DNA of 63,400 bases, counting the filler, from Octopus bimaculoides (taxonomy: Eukaryota), in assembly GCF_001194135.2 (NCBI RefSeq). It is 5 parts of 5 records of this genome, joined end to end, with 100 filler letters (N's around TTAATTAATTAA, not from the genome) between each part and the next. Parts side by side here need not be neighbours in the genome. Positions count along the whole stretch, not along the records: positions 35,138 to 61,858 come from NC_068981.1; positions 61,959 to 63,400 come from NW_026399860.1; 3 more parts are not named here. One strand, written 5' to 3'. This document shows positions 53,785 to 63,400 of this stretch, one piece after another. Numbering within the stretch: position 1 is the stretch's first letter; the number at the start of each line of letters is the position of its first letter. A program made the translations under genes and the position numbers. The notes beneath the pieces were generated by a model. The model was not told the origin of the DNA, made no database searches, and saw only the letters and a list, made by a program, of their open reading frames with translations.

Positions 53785-54055
53785 CTCCGGCAAAAGTAAT
53801 CGTTATAAATCATGCAGATTTGAAACAGAAGGAAAGATTGACAGCCTCCTCCTCTTCTCCTTTTCTCCTCATCATCATCTGCATTGGTGCCACTATTAAC
53901 ACTACCATCACCATCAGCAACATGAGAAGAGTTGGGGAGAAGAGTTTCATAAAATTCACAGGAGTTGGCTTTGTTTCCTCATAACTTTCAGAAAAATGGG
54001 TATTTTTAAATGAAATTTTCTACAAATATATTTCAGAGTGGGTACATTTGTAAAT

Positions 54056-54448
54056 TGCGCAGGAGTAGCTGTATGGTAAGTAGCTTACTTACCAATCACA
54101 TAGTTCCGGGTTCAGTTCCACTGTGTGGCACCTTGGGTAAGTGTCTTCTACTATAATAGCCTCAGGCCAACCAAAGCCTTGTGAGTGGATTTGATAGACA
54201 GAAACTGAAAGAAGCCCGTCGTATATATATATACATATATATATGTGTATGTGTGTGTGCTTGTCACCCTCACCATCGCTTGACAACCGATGCTGGTGTG
54301 TTTACGTCCCCGTAACTTAGCGGTTCGGCAAAAGGAGCCAATAGAATAAGTACCAGGCTTACAAAAAATAAGTCCTGGGGTCGATTTGCTCAACTAAAGG
54401 CGGTGCTCCAGCATGGCCACAGTCAAATGACCAAAACAAATAAAAGAA
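54056..54448 (+). mobile_element. tRNA-derived SINE family A, near full length
   Basis: Head with A-box and B-box (ggttcagttcc), ggcaccttgggtaagtgtct core, internal (TA)/(TG) microsatellite; more than 10 homologs in the window. Confidence 0.9.
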
Positions 54449-54774
54449 AATATCAGAATTTGATGTGAAAAGAGAAATGGTGAGCACACACACACACACA
54501 CACATACACATCAGAATTTTTTCAAACTTCCAACTTTCATTTTGTAGATTATGAGATTTGAGTTAGTATGGATGTAGTTTATTTTTATATTTTTTTTTGC
54601 ATATTAAATTCTGATATAATCACAATTTACACGGAGGGTGGGTCCTTGGATAGATATGCCAGGAGTAAGACAAGCTTATTGTCTGGGGCACAAGAGAATA
54701 TATGTTTCTGCCTCAGTAGGCATCATCAGCATGACAATCATTGCACCTTTACCTCAAGCAGCAAAAGGACTTAC

Positions 54775-54903
54775 CTGGTTGTTTGTGGCGATGGAAGAAC
54801 TTTATATCCATAAGGCCATGTAGAGTTCCGGTGCTGTGTGTGCTGATGGCTGTATTTAGAAGGCTCCTTATTCAAACAATTTACACTGGGAAATGTGTGA
54901 CCC
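54775..54903 (-). CDS. Gene A exon 3 (L)GHTFPSVNCLNKEPSKYSHQHTQHRNSTWPYGYKVLPSPQTT, phase 2-2
   Basis: Acceptor tttaatgttgtttgcag|, donor CAG|gtaagt, 129 nt open in the required phase, unique non-repeat sequence. Confidence 0.8.
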
Positions 54904-55158
54904 CTGCAAACAACATTAAATATCTATCATCCGATTCAATACAGACATAATCAGTTTATTTTATTTTTTTTTTTTTGCTTTCTTTTTTCTAATATAAACA
55001 ATTATAAGTACAGACATGATTGTGTGGTAAGATGCTTGCTTCCCAACCACATGGTTCTTGATTCAGTCCCACTGTGTGACACCTTGGGCAAGTGTCTACT
55101 ATAGCCTCAAGTCAATCAAAGTCTTGTGAATGGATTTGGTATATGGAAGAAGCCCATC

Positions 55159-55192
<34 letters not shown>

Positions 55193-55195
<3 letters not shown>

Positions 55196-56349
55196 GGGTT
55201 GGACAAAATAATGGAAACACCTTAAAATTTCAAACAAATTTATTTTAATATGGGGTAGGACTGCCTTTCGCAGTAATTATAATTTGAATTCTATGAAGTA
55301 TGGACTTGTACAAAGTCTGAACAGTCTCCAGTTCTTGTAGTGATGATGGTGGAGGATATCGACTCCTTACTTGTTTTTCTAAAATATACCATAAATGTTC
55401 AATAATATTGAGATCTGGGGACTGTGGTGGCCAGATAAGATGTTCAACTTCACTAGAATGTTCCTCGTGCCATTCAGTAACAACTTTAGCTGTGTGAATT
55501 GGTGCATTATCATCCTGAAAGATTGCGTTTGCCTCTCAGTTCCGCAACCATAGGATGAATTTGATCAGATAAAATGCTTAAATAGTCTTGACTATTAATT
55601 CTGCCATGAAGGGAAACCATTGGGCCGGCAGATTTCCAAGATATAGCCCCCCACCCCCACCCNNNNNNNNNNNNNNNNNNNNNNNNNNNNNNNNNNNNNN
55701 NNNNNNNNNNNNNNNNNNNNNNNNNNNNNNNNNNNNNNNNNNNNNNNNNNNNNNNNNNNNNNNNNNNNNNNNNNNNNNNNNNNNNNNNNNNNNNNNNNNN
55801 NNNNNNNNNNNNNNNNNNNNNNNNNNNNNNNNNNNNNNNNNNNNNNNNNNNNNNNNNNNNNNNNNNNNNNNNNNNNNNNNNNNNNNNNNNNNNNNNNNNN
55901 NCAGTAATTTTGGGAGCTGTACTTTTGTGATCTTTTCTAACAATTCACATAAGAGTTCAATGGTCCCTATCTGAAAATTTTGGTTTTCTTCTGGAGTTTT
56001 GTTTTGACAAGGAGGTTTTTCCCTCTTTCTCAAAGACTGTCATTACTTTCGAGACAGTACTTCTTGGTACACCAAACATTTCAGCTGTTTTCATTACGCT
56101 ATCGCCTGCCATATGAGCACCAACAATTTGACCTCTTTGAAAGTTCAATAGATCTGTCATTTTAATGAATTTTAATTACCTTTTTCTGATGATATCTGGA
56201 AAGAAACAGCAATTTTAGCAAAACATATTAAGCAACACTAATAATAAATCAAAAAACATGAAAATAAACAAGCTTTTGACGGTTTTATAGATATTTCAAA
56301 ATTATGATGCCATGATGCTAGGTGTTTCCATTATTTTGTCCAACCCCTG
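55193..56349 (-). mobile_element. Tc1-like transposon with both 30-bp TIRs, degenerate transposase
   Basis: TIR caggggttggacaaaataatggaaacacct at both ends; N-terminal FQRGQIVGA..SV.KTAEMFGV.R.TVSKV; C-terminal FQDDNAPIH..WPPQSPDLNIIE. Confidence 0.95.
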
Positions 56350-56800
56350 CATATATATTTATTGTTAATGTTTATTTTTTATGTTCAGTTATAATAAAAA
56401 CAATTTTACATTAATCTGATGGGTCTTTCTATACTTTTGTCGTGTACAAATTTATTGTTCTTAAACAAGAATGTTGTTGATAGTGACTTCGAAGTTTCGG
56501 CCAGTTCAACAATGACTTAGCTGGCCAAAATTTGAAGTCACTGTCAAAGAATAATGTGCGTGTGTGTGCTTTTGTCCCCCCCCACTACCACTTGGCAACT
56601 GGTGTTGGTGTGTTTACATCCCCATAACTTAGTAGTTTGGCAAAAGAGGCCAACAGAATAAGTACCAGGGTTAAAAAAAGAGACAAAATTCCCAAGGTCG
56701 ATTCACTCAGCTAAAAAAATTCTTCAAGGGGCTACTCCAGCATCGTCGTAGTCTAATGACTAAAACAAATAAAAAATAAAAGACAAACCCTGAAACTTAC

Positions 56801-56932
56801 AAAGGAGGATGAGACAGAGTCCTGTTTGGTCTGTATTTACCAAAACGGGGATGGCTGAGTGGGTTTCTGCTTCCTTCATCACTTGCACAGCTTCTTCCTC
56901 GGCCATTCTTCTTCTCCAGATAATTACTTAAT
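56801..56932 (-). CDS. Gene A exon 2 (K)LSNYLEKKNGRGRSCASDEGSRNPLSHPRFGKYRPNRTLSHPP, phase 2-2
   Basis: Strong acceptor ttttcccttcttttttctgaag|, donor TT|gtaagt, 132 nt open frame. Confidence 0.7.
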
Positions 56933-57423
56933 CTTCAGAAAAAGAAGGGAAAAATTTTGATTCTTAAAACATATCTTGTTGTGTCTTGAGACAGTCATAA
57001 CACCAACAATGATAGACACACACACATTGGCTCAATATTACTTCTTTATTGTTAGTCAATTGGTTAAACATCTAACCAGTTAATTAATCAATCGTTTGTT
57101 TAATGTGCTGATTAAACAACCAATTGGTTGTTCGTTTGTCAAAGTCCTTTCGTCGTTTAATGATCCTCCCCAGACACAACAAGATGTGTTTTGGCACAAA
57201 AATTCACATCGAGAATCTTGCAAAGCAAATACAAAAATGAAATTAAAATATATTCTTATTCAAAAAGTATATACCCCCACCTATCTGCTGTCATTACTCA
57301 CTCTCTCCTATTCCCCTCCTGGGTCTATACATCTTATGTCATTGAGTGCTCTCTACATTGACTAAGTACAAGACACACTCCCCTCCATCCCCTGTACTAC
57401 CACTAATGAGCTTTTGCTGAATA

Positions 57424-57606
57424 ATGAGTGACACAACCTCTCTAGTGTTGGTGCTATGAATGATGAGTGACACAGCCTCTCTTGGCACGATAAATGGTGA
57501 GTGATACAACCTCTCTTGGCACTATGAATGGTGAGTGACACAACCTCTGTAGTATTGGTACCATGAGTGATGAGTGACACAATCCCTGTAGCGTTGGTGT
57601 CATGAT
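57424..57606. repeat. 34/39-bp minisatellite x5
   Basis: (a/g)tgagtgacacaacctct...atgaatg units. Confidence 0.85.
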
Positions 57607-57714
57607 GATTGACAATTATTGACATTAATCCTTTGCCTGGGTCACTATAATTAAAGAAATGTTATTAGCAATGTTCTCATTCCCCTCATCATCATCATCA
57701 TCATCATTGTCATC

Positions 57715-57910
57715 ATCATCATCATCATCACCATTTAATGTCCATCTTCCACGCTGACATGGTTAGATGGTGCAATAGAACCTGACCAGTTGGAGGACAG
57801 CACCAAACCCAATTTGTCTGCTTCAGCTGGGGATGCCCTTCCTAACACCAACCACTTTACAGAGAGGGCAGGATGGTTTTTCTTTTCTGTGCCACCAACA
57901 CTGGTTAAAA
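57715..57910 (-). mobile_element. RTE-tail copy
   Basis: (cat)n ttaatgtccatcttccacgctgacatgg..gatgcccttcctaacaccaaccact. Confidence 0.7.
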
Positions 57911-58104
57911 TTGCCTTGTAATTTGCAAGACGAAGGACCAAAAGCAACCCCTGTAACCAAAGGAGACCACACAAAGAAAAGTTTACTTTTGTACCAATGG
58001 TAGGAATGGTTATTAATAACACCATTGTCTTTAATAGCTTGGAGTGGGGGGTGGATTGACTCTCGTTGACTCACAAGAGTCAACATCATAAGAACCATCA
58101 AGGA

Positions 58105-58325
58105 GAGTAAATATAGATGGGGTGGCCACGACTGAAGGACAACAGATGGATAATCCGGATAAATGAATGGACATCATGGCAATGGACAAGAAAGATCAAG
58201 AGGCTGAACAAAGAGAAGATGGCAAGACGATCTCATCTGCTAGCTGGGACTTACATGGCCACGGCTAGCCAGAGACAGATAGTCGTAGAATGAGTCTAGG
58301 GAGGGGGTTCTTCTTTCAGGAGTGA
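58105..58325 (+). mobile_element. Old RTE-type LINE C-terminal remnant
   Basis: KYRWGGH..RRWQDDLI..LGLTWPRLARDR with stops and frameshifts. Confidence 0.6.
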
Positions 58326-58499
58326 TCAAACCCTGGTGGATGCTGAGGTTGAGGGGTAATCGATCAAGTGAAGTACAAGTCATGAGGTTCATTAATTCAT
58401 ATTTTCTTTCGGGGGAGGAAGGGAATCAAAGCTGATTTCAGGACCCATCGTTTGGGGGATGGATTTACTTTTAAAACTCAAAGATGGTTATTATTTTTC

Positions 58500-58785
58500 T
58501 TTCTGCCAGTGCTGCCAGAGTGGTTCCCATGCTAATGGCATGTAAAAAGCATCATTCGAGTGTGGTTGATGCCTGTGCCGCCTGACTGGCTCTCATGCAG
58601 GTGGTACATAAAAAGCACCCACTACACTCTCAGAGTGGTTGACGCTAGGAAAGGCATCCAGCTGTAGAAACCTTGCCAGATCAGATTGGAGGCTGGTGCA
58701 GCCTTCTGGCTTGCCAGTCCTCAGTCAAACCGTCCAACCCATGCCAGCATGGAAAGCGGTCGTTAAACGATGATGACGATGATGA
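58500..58785 (+). mobile_element. RTE-tail copy
   Basis: Same 3' UTR ending aaacgatgatgac. Confidence 0.8.
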
Positions 58786-59341
58786 AAGAGCTCTATCAGA
58801 TATTGACAGGCTTTTCTTTGGCTCTCTGCGTCTCAAAATGACGTACCAGCTGCCCCTCTCTCGTTGCAGCTCCTCCACCCATTCTCACAGGCTTTGAGAT
58901 CCATATCAGTTATGTGCCCCTGTCTAACCCTGACTCAAATGCCTCCATTTCTTTGATATTTCTTAGGATACTTTCTGATACTGTCCCTCAAGGTTCCTGT
59001 TCGATGAATAGTTCAGTCAATCAATCAATTAGCTTTCTTTATTCATCAAAGTCCTTTCGTCGCCACTCTCAACTTCATCAATGACACGCCCTGGCGACGA
59101 CAGGGCTTTGATCAACCTAGCTGATTGAATGATTGATTGGACTGAATGATTAATCAAACAATTGATAATTTAATTGGTTAAATAAATGATTAATTAATTC
59201 GTTGACTAATAAATAACAAGTGTGTTCCTTATTGGCATAATGACGCTCTTGAGATACAACTAAATTTGTTTCAACACACGTTTTCACATCAAGAAATATG
59301 TAAACCAAATGCTATAACGAAATATCTATACATGGAACCTC

Positions 59342-59520
59342 ATGAATAAATTTCAATTTGTGCCTGTCACCGTCGAGACCTCAGACATTCTTGGCCCCTT
59401 CACTGCTAATTTCCTCCGCAAAATCGGGATAGCTGCGGGCCGTTTGAAAAATGAGTACCGTGCGATGGTGATGGCCATTCTCCGCGACAACGCCTTTGCA
59501 GTTTTGTCCACGAGGCGCGG
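59342..59520 (+). mobile_element. CRE-like endonuclease C-terminal remnant
   Basis: FQFVPVTVETSDILGPFTANFLRKIG..AILRDNAFAVL. Confidence 0.65.
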
Positions 59521-59680
59521 CATTTGTTCTAAGATATACAACCCATTATTCCCCACCACCACTATCTTCTGCTGCTTAAAACGGAGACAGAATCCGATGG
59601 TTATTATTATTATTTTCCTTATTTTACCTTTGTTTCATAGAACGTAATTAAAGGATAAATATAATTAAAGGATAGATTAC

Positions 59681-59730
59681 TTTCGTCGATTGCTGTTCCA
59701 TATTTCCTCTTCCGTTTTGTAATCTGCCAT
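59681..59730 (-). CDS. Gene A exon 1 (start codon): MADYKTEEEIWNSNRR, phase-2 donor
   Basis: ATG at 59730 with in-frame TAG immediately upstream and G at +4; ends AA|gtaatc; phase matches the exon 2 acceptor, giving ...NRRKLSNYLEKK. Confidence 0.55.
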
Positions 59731-60084
59731 CTAACACAAGCACAGGTGAACTGGACAAAATGGTGAAATATTGGACAACAAACTTGTGTGTCGAGGATTC
59801 GAGACGGGCATAAGGTGTTTGTCTATGTAGAACACTAAACTTGGGTTCTACCAAGTTGTTAGGATACGATACGAGATTTGTTAAGGATATTGAGGTGTTC
59901 CGTGTACCTTGATATGACATTCCTATGAAGACCAAAAAAATATTTTACCTTCAGGATCATAACAAGTCGCCTTAGACTCACTGTTAAATAATTCTTTAAA
60001 CTACGTTGCTAGGCAACGGAGTTTTGATGGGAGGTAACTTTTACTCACCGTTATTTCCGAATTATAATATTTTCGCTTCTGAAG

Positions 60085-60292
60085 CCAGAGAGCTGGCAGA
60101 AACGTTAGCACGCAGCGCGAAATGCTTAGAGGTATTTCGTCTTTACGTTCTGAGTTCAAATTCCGCCGAGGTCGACTTTGTCTTTCATCCTTTCGGAGTC
60201 GATAAATTAAGTGCCAATTATGTACTGGGGTCGATCTAATCGACTGGTCCCCTCCCCCAAAATTTCGGGCCTTGTACCTAGAGTAGAAAAGA
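60085..60292 (+). mobile_element. SINE family B
   Basis: gagctggcagaaacgttagcacg..gagttcaaattccgccgaggtcgactttg..cctttcggagtcgataaattaagt; homologs at 8335-8535(-), 21500-21685(-), 22565-22690, 29226-29352, 35950-36110(-), 52375-52560 and 53030-53262. Confidence 0.9.
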
Positions 60293-60304
60293 ATATTTTC
60301 GCTT

Positions 60305-60451
60305 CTAGTTAAGAAGCTTGTTTTGCACCCACGGGCTTTCGAGTTCAGTCCCACTGCGTGGCACCTTGGTTAAGTATCTTCTACCATAACCTGGGATTAA
60401 CCAATGCCTTATGAGTGAATTTGTTTGATGGAAACTGTGGGAAAATCTATC

Positions 60452-60489
<38 letters not shown>

Positions 60490-60612
60490 TTATGTTTGTC
60501 CCTGTCACCACTTAACAATAGGTGTTGGTTTCGTTACATCCCTATAACTTAGCTGCTTGACAAAAGTGACCAATAGAATAAGTATCAGATTTTTAAAAAT
60601 AAGTACTGGGAT
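60305..60612 (+). mobile_element. SINE family A
   Basis: Same motifs, diverged. Confidence 0.8.
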
Positions 60613-60629
60613 CGAATCCTCTCCTTTCC

Positions 60630-61490
60630 AACATGGACTAGTTCCAACAGGGAGATGGATGAAGCTCTATAGCAGTGGAGAGAGCTGGGTTTGTCAGTTC
60701 CCGATACAGCTAAGGATAGATGAAAGCAGAGAGTGTGAGACAATCCACACTCAGGTGCTACTTTCAACTCTCTCTCTTTGATCAATCAGATCAATTTTCA
60801 AGGTGTCGCCTACTTTCTACAAGTGTGATATTCTCAGGGGACTGGATTGATGTCCTGCCTGTGGCCAACATTGGTGGTCTGTTGAGTCTGGATGAGCTCC
60901 ACATCTCCATTGCACTCAGAGTAGGAACCAACATTTGTGGAGGATTGAGATGCTGCTGTGGTAGGCCTCTCAACTCCACAGGCCTTCATGGCTTGTCTTG
61001 CCATCTAAATGTTGGTTGTTTCATTTGTCACACTGAGCTAAACTTCATTATTAAGTAGGTGTTGGCTCAGGTTAACATCCCCTCAGTTCTGGAGCCAGTG
61101 GGATTATCCAGAAGTGATGGGAAGAGACCAGATGATCTTACCTTCTGTCCCTGGATAACAGGTAGATGCTTCATCTGGGATACCACAGTCTGTGACTCCT
61201 TTGCTCCATCCCACATCCTGGATGCTGCAGTAAATGGGAGGATCACTGCTTCCATAGCTGAATGGAATAAAATCCTTAAGTACCAGGACCTGTCAGTGAG
61301 CCATCTCTTCCAGCCTGTGGCATTGGGGACATTTGGAGGGGCTAGGCTGTTAACAGCAGAGTTCTCGTTAACATTGGCAGCTCACCTTACTGAGGTGACA
61401 AATGAAACCCATGAGGATATTTGGCTGTTCCAACGCCTTAGCCCTTCTATCGTCCATGGTAATATTGTGAGTGTGTTCGTTTGTTTCACT
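60630..61490 (+). mobile_element. CRE-clade non-LTR retrotransposon 3' fragment (CCHC knuckle + restriction-like endonuclease)
   Basis: RLL..SGDWIDVLP..LRVG..CCCG..LHGLSC..HTELN (stop) LEPVGLSRSDGKRPD..WDTTV..FQPVA.GTFG..FQRLS..HGN. Confidence 0.9.
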
Positions 61491-61858
61491 AGTGATTTTC
61501 TCAGATGAATCTAGATTTGCATTATTTTCAGACAGTGGACGTGTTTGGGTCTGGAGGCTTCCCAATCAAGAATTTGATTTGAAACAACTCCAACCAACTG
61601 TGAAACATGGTGGTATCTCTGTAATGGTATGGGGAGCTGTCACCAGCAATGGTCATTCTGAGCTGATTGAATGTTTTGGAACCATTAAACTCTGAAAAAT
61701 ACATCAAAATACTTAAGCAAGGATTACTTCCGATGTATTCACATGATAACATTACGAAAAATAAGGTTTTATTCATGGAAGATGGGGCTCCATGCCACAC
61801 AGTGAAAAGGAATCAACAATGGCTGACTGAAAATGGGATCAAAAAGCTTCCTTGGCCG
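61490..61858 (+). mobile_element. Tc1-family transposase DDE fragment, frameshifted
   Basis: [23 protein letters not shown] / KYIKIL..FMEDGAPCH..LPWP; ends at a gap. Confidence 0.9.
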
Positions 61859-61958
61859 NNNNNNNNNNNNNNNNNNNNNNNNNNNNNNNNNNNNNNNNNN
61901 NNTTAATTAATTAANNNNNNNNNNNNNNNNNNNNNNNNNNNNNNNNNNNNNNNNNNNN

Positions 61959-62570
61959 ATCCTCCACTGTCACACGTGCTGTTCGTTTTCCCATGTAAGT
62001 GGGCAGCAGCATAATTATTTCAGTTTTCAACGTTTCTGTAGACACTTCTTTCGCCACTTCAGCCGAGTCAAAGTGAACTTCAATAGTTGCACTTCTTACA
62101 CCGCGGTTGACGTGGCAAATTTTTTAACAAAATGGTGCCAAACACAACTCTACAAGTTCGTTACGGGCCTCTGCAATTTTTTTTTCCTTTATATTATACA
62201 CTTTGTAGACCACAATTTTCTCTTTTATTGCGTTGACTGTCTCGGGTGGTGGAATCAGTTTTGTTTCACCATCCACCTTTTGAATATATTTTCAAAATGC
62301 GTATAAACTTTCCTTAGACATTTTCATCTCGATGGAATTTCCTCCAACGGCCTGCGAGAAACTTTGTTTTTCCTTTGAAACACGTTCTCCCTCCATGGCA
62401 GCTAGCAATATGGTAGCCATACTTGTCACAAAGACAAGAAAAAAAACAAAAAAATTTACAGGCAACTTTTCGCCCCGTAAGGCGAAAATAGCTGTATACA
62501 AACAGTTAATAAAATACAGTTATAATACACGGAAGAAACAAACGGAATCGAACTCACACCGCAGCAGCAA
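61959..62570 (-). mobile_element. Degenerate non-LTR retrotransposon 5' end and ORF1 (Tx1/L1-like), copy 2
   Basis: SFSQAVGGNSIEM / VVYKVYNIKEKKI..VELCLAP..RGVRSATIE / LPTYMGKRTARVTVE; cut by an assembly gap. Confidence 0.65.
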
Positions 62571-62914
62571 CAAAAATTTCGATTAAAAAATCAAAATATT
62601 CCCTCTAGCACAAGGAAAAAAGGACTAGCTGGTTGAAGAAGTCTGTCTAGCCCTGGCAAACATATATAATCAGAGTGAAATTTATTCACTGGTTACCAAA
62701 ATATGAAATATCATATTTCTGAATCTCTCAGAGAGAGTTAAGCAGTAGAGATGCGATAAAGTTGTTGTATATTGTCAACTCAATGTGACAATCCCAATAA
62801 AGGAATATACTACTGCTGTTTAGCCCTAGGAAGCTGGACCGCTTCCTGTCGGCCTTGGCACAATTACTGTGTCCTTATGTTTGCGAGGTGGAGACAAACT
62901 CCCCCACCCAGCCC

Positions 62915-62976
62915 AGTCAGCATTCAGGGACATGTTTCTGAGTCTTTGCTCGTCATCAGCCTGAAGTAGCATGACT
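62915..62976 (-). ncRNA. Type-I hammerhead ribozyme motif (near intact)
   Basis: Minus strand reads agtcatgctac TTCAGG CTGATGA cGAGcaaagaCTCa GAAA catg TC CCTGAA tgctgact: full core, 6-bp stem I with extension, palindromic stem III, GUC triplet. Confidence 0.8.
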
Positions 62977-63400
62977 AATTCTCTTTATTACGATAATAAA
63001 AATATCTTACATAGATGGGACAATACAGGACACTACAAACATTTAAAAATTGTCATTTAGTGAGTCATTTTTCTTTTAGCTTTTTTAAGAAAATATACGT
63101 TAAAAATATATATTTAAAATTTCTAAAAAACTTGGAATATTTCCAATGATTTACACTTAATTCCAGGGTACACCAGTCTATACCTTTGTATTTTTATCAG
63201 GAAAGTTTAAGTAGGGCCACTCATTCCCAACTTCCTTCCTACTTCCTTCCATCTTTCCTCATATACTCTTCTAGACAGGTGTCTTCTCTCCAGCCCTATC
63301 TTGCTTTTCAGGTGGTACCTGAAATAGTATAGCATTCCAGGGCCGTAGACGAAGGTTCCTGTCTTCATACCTTGCATTCGAGTTCTCCATGCACACTCTT

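Noticed and set aside
59923-59948. Second short GT-AG segment (26 nt) upstream of gene A's ATG, and ORF 59648..59935
   Set aside because: Not needed by the gene model; such pairs are expected by chance in AT-rich DNA.

Overview
Repeat-dense, AT-rich metazoan genomic DNA with many N-gaps. The SINE and LINE types and microsatellite load resemble an Octopus draft assembly; that is inference, not checked against a database. There are no prokaryotic systems, CRISPR arrays, rRNA or true tRNA genes. I assembled by hand a 9-exon minus-strand gene (59730 to 37440, 954 nt, 317 aa) with consistent splice phases and no family I can recognise. It requires a 27-nt GT-AG micro-intron and a GAG acceptor. A weaker plus-strand candidate for a secreted protein has pieces at 16797, 20375 and 34270. 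The rest is transposon debris: tRNA-derived SINEs, RTE tails, R4/Dong, CRE, CR1-like and Tx1/L1-like LINE pieces, a Penelope-like element, and Tc1, mariner, Tigger, piggyBac-type, hAT-type and Helitron-like elements. The most interesting signal is a set of type-I hammerhead ribozyme motifs. One is near-perfect (62915-62976, minus), one has a compensatory U3-A8 core (6518-6590), and others are more decayed. The two best lie just upstream of two diverged copies of the same LINE ORF1 family. Most supplied ORFs are microsatellite or gap artefacts. Repeat boundaries are approximate; exon boundaries were counted by hand.
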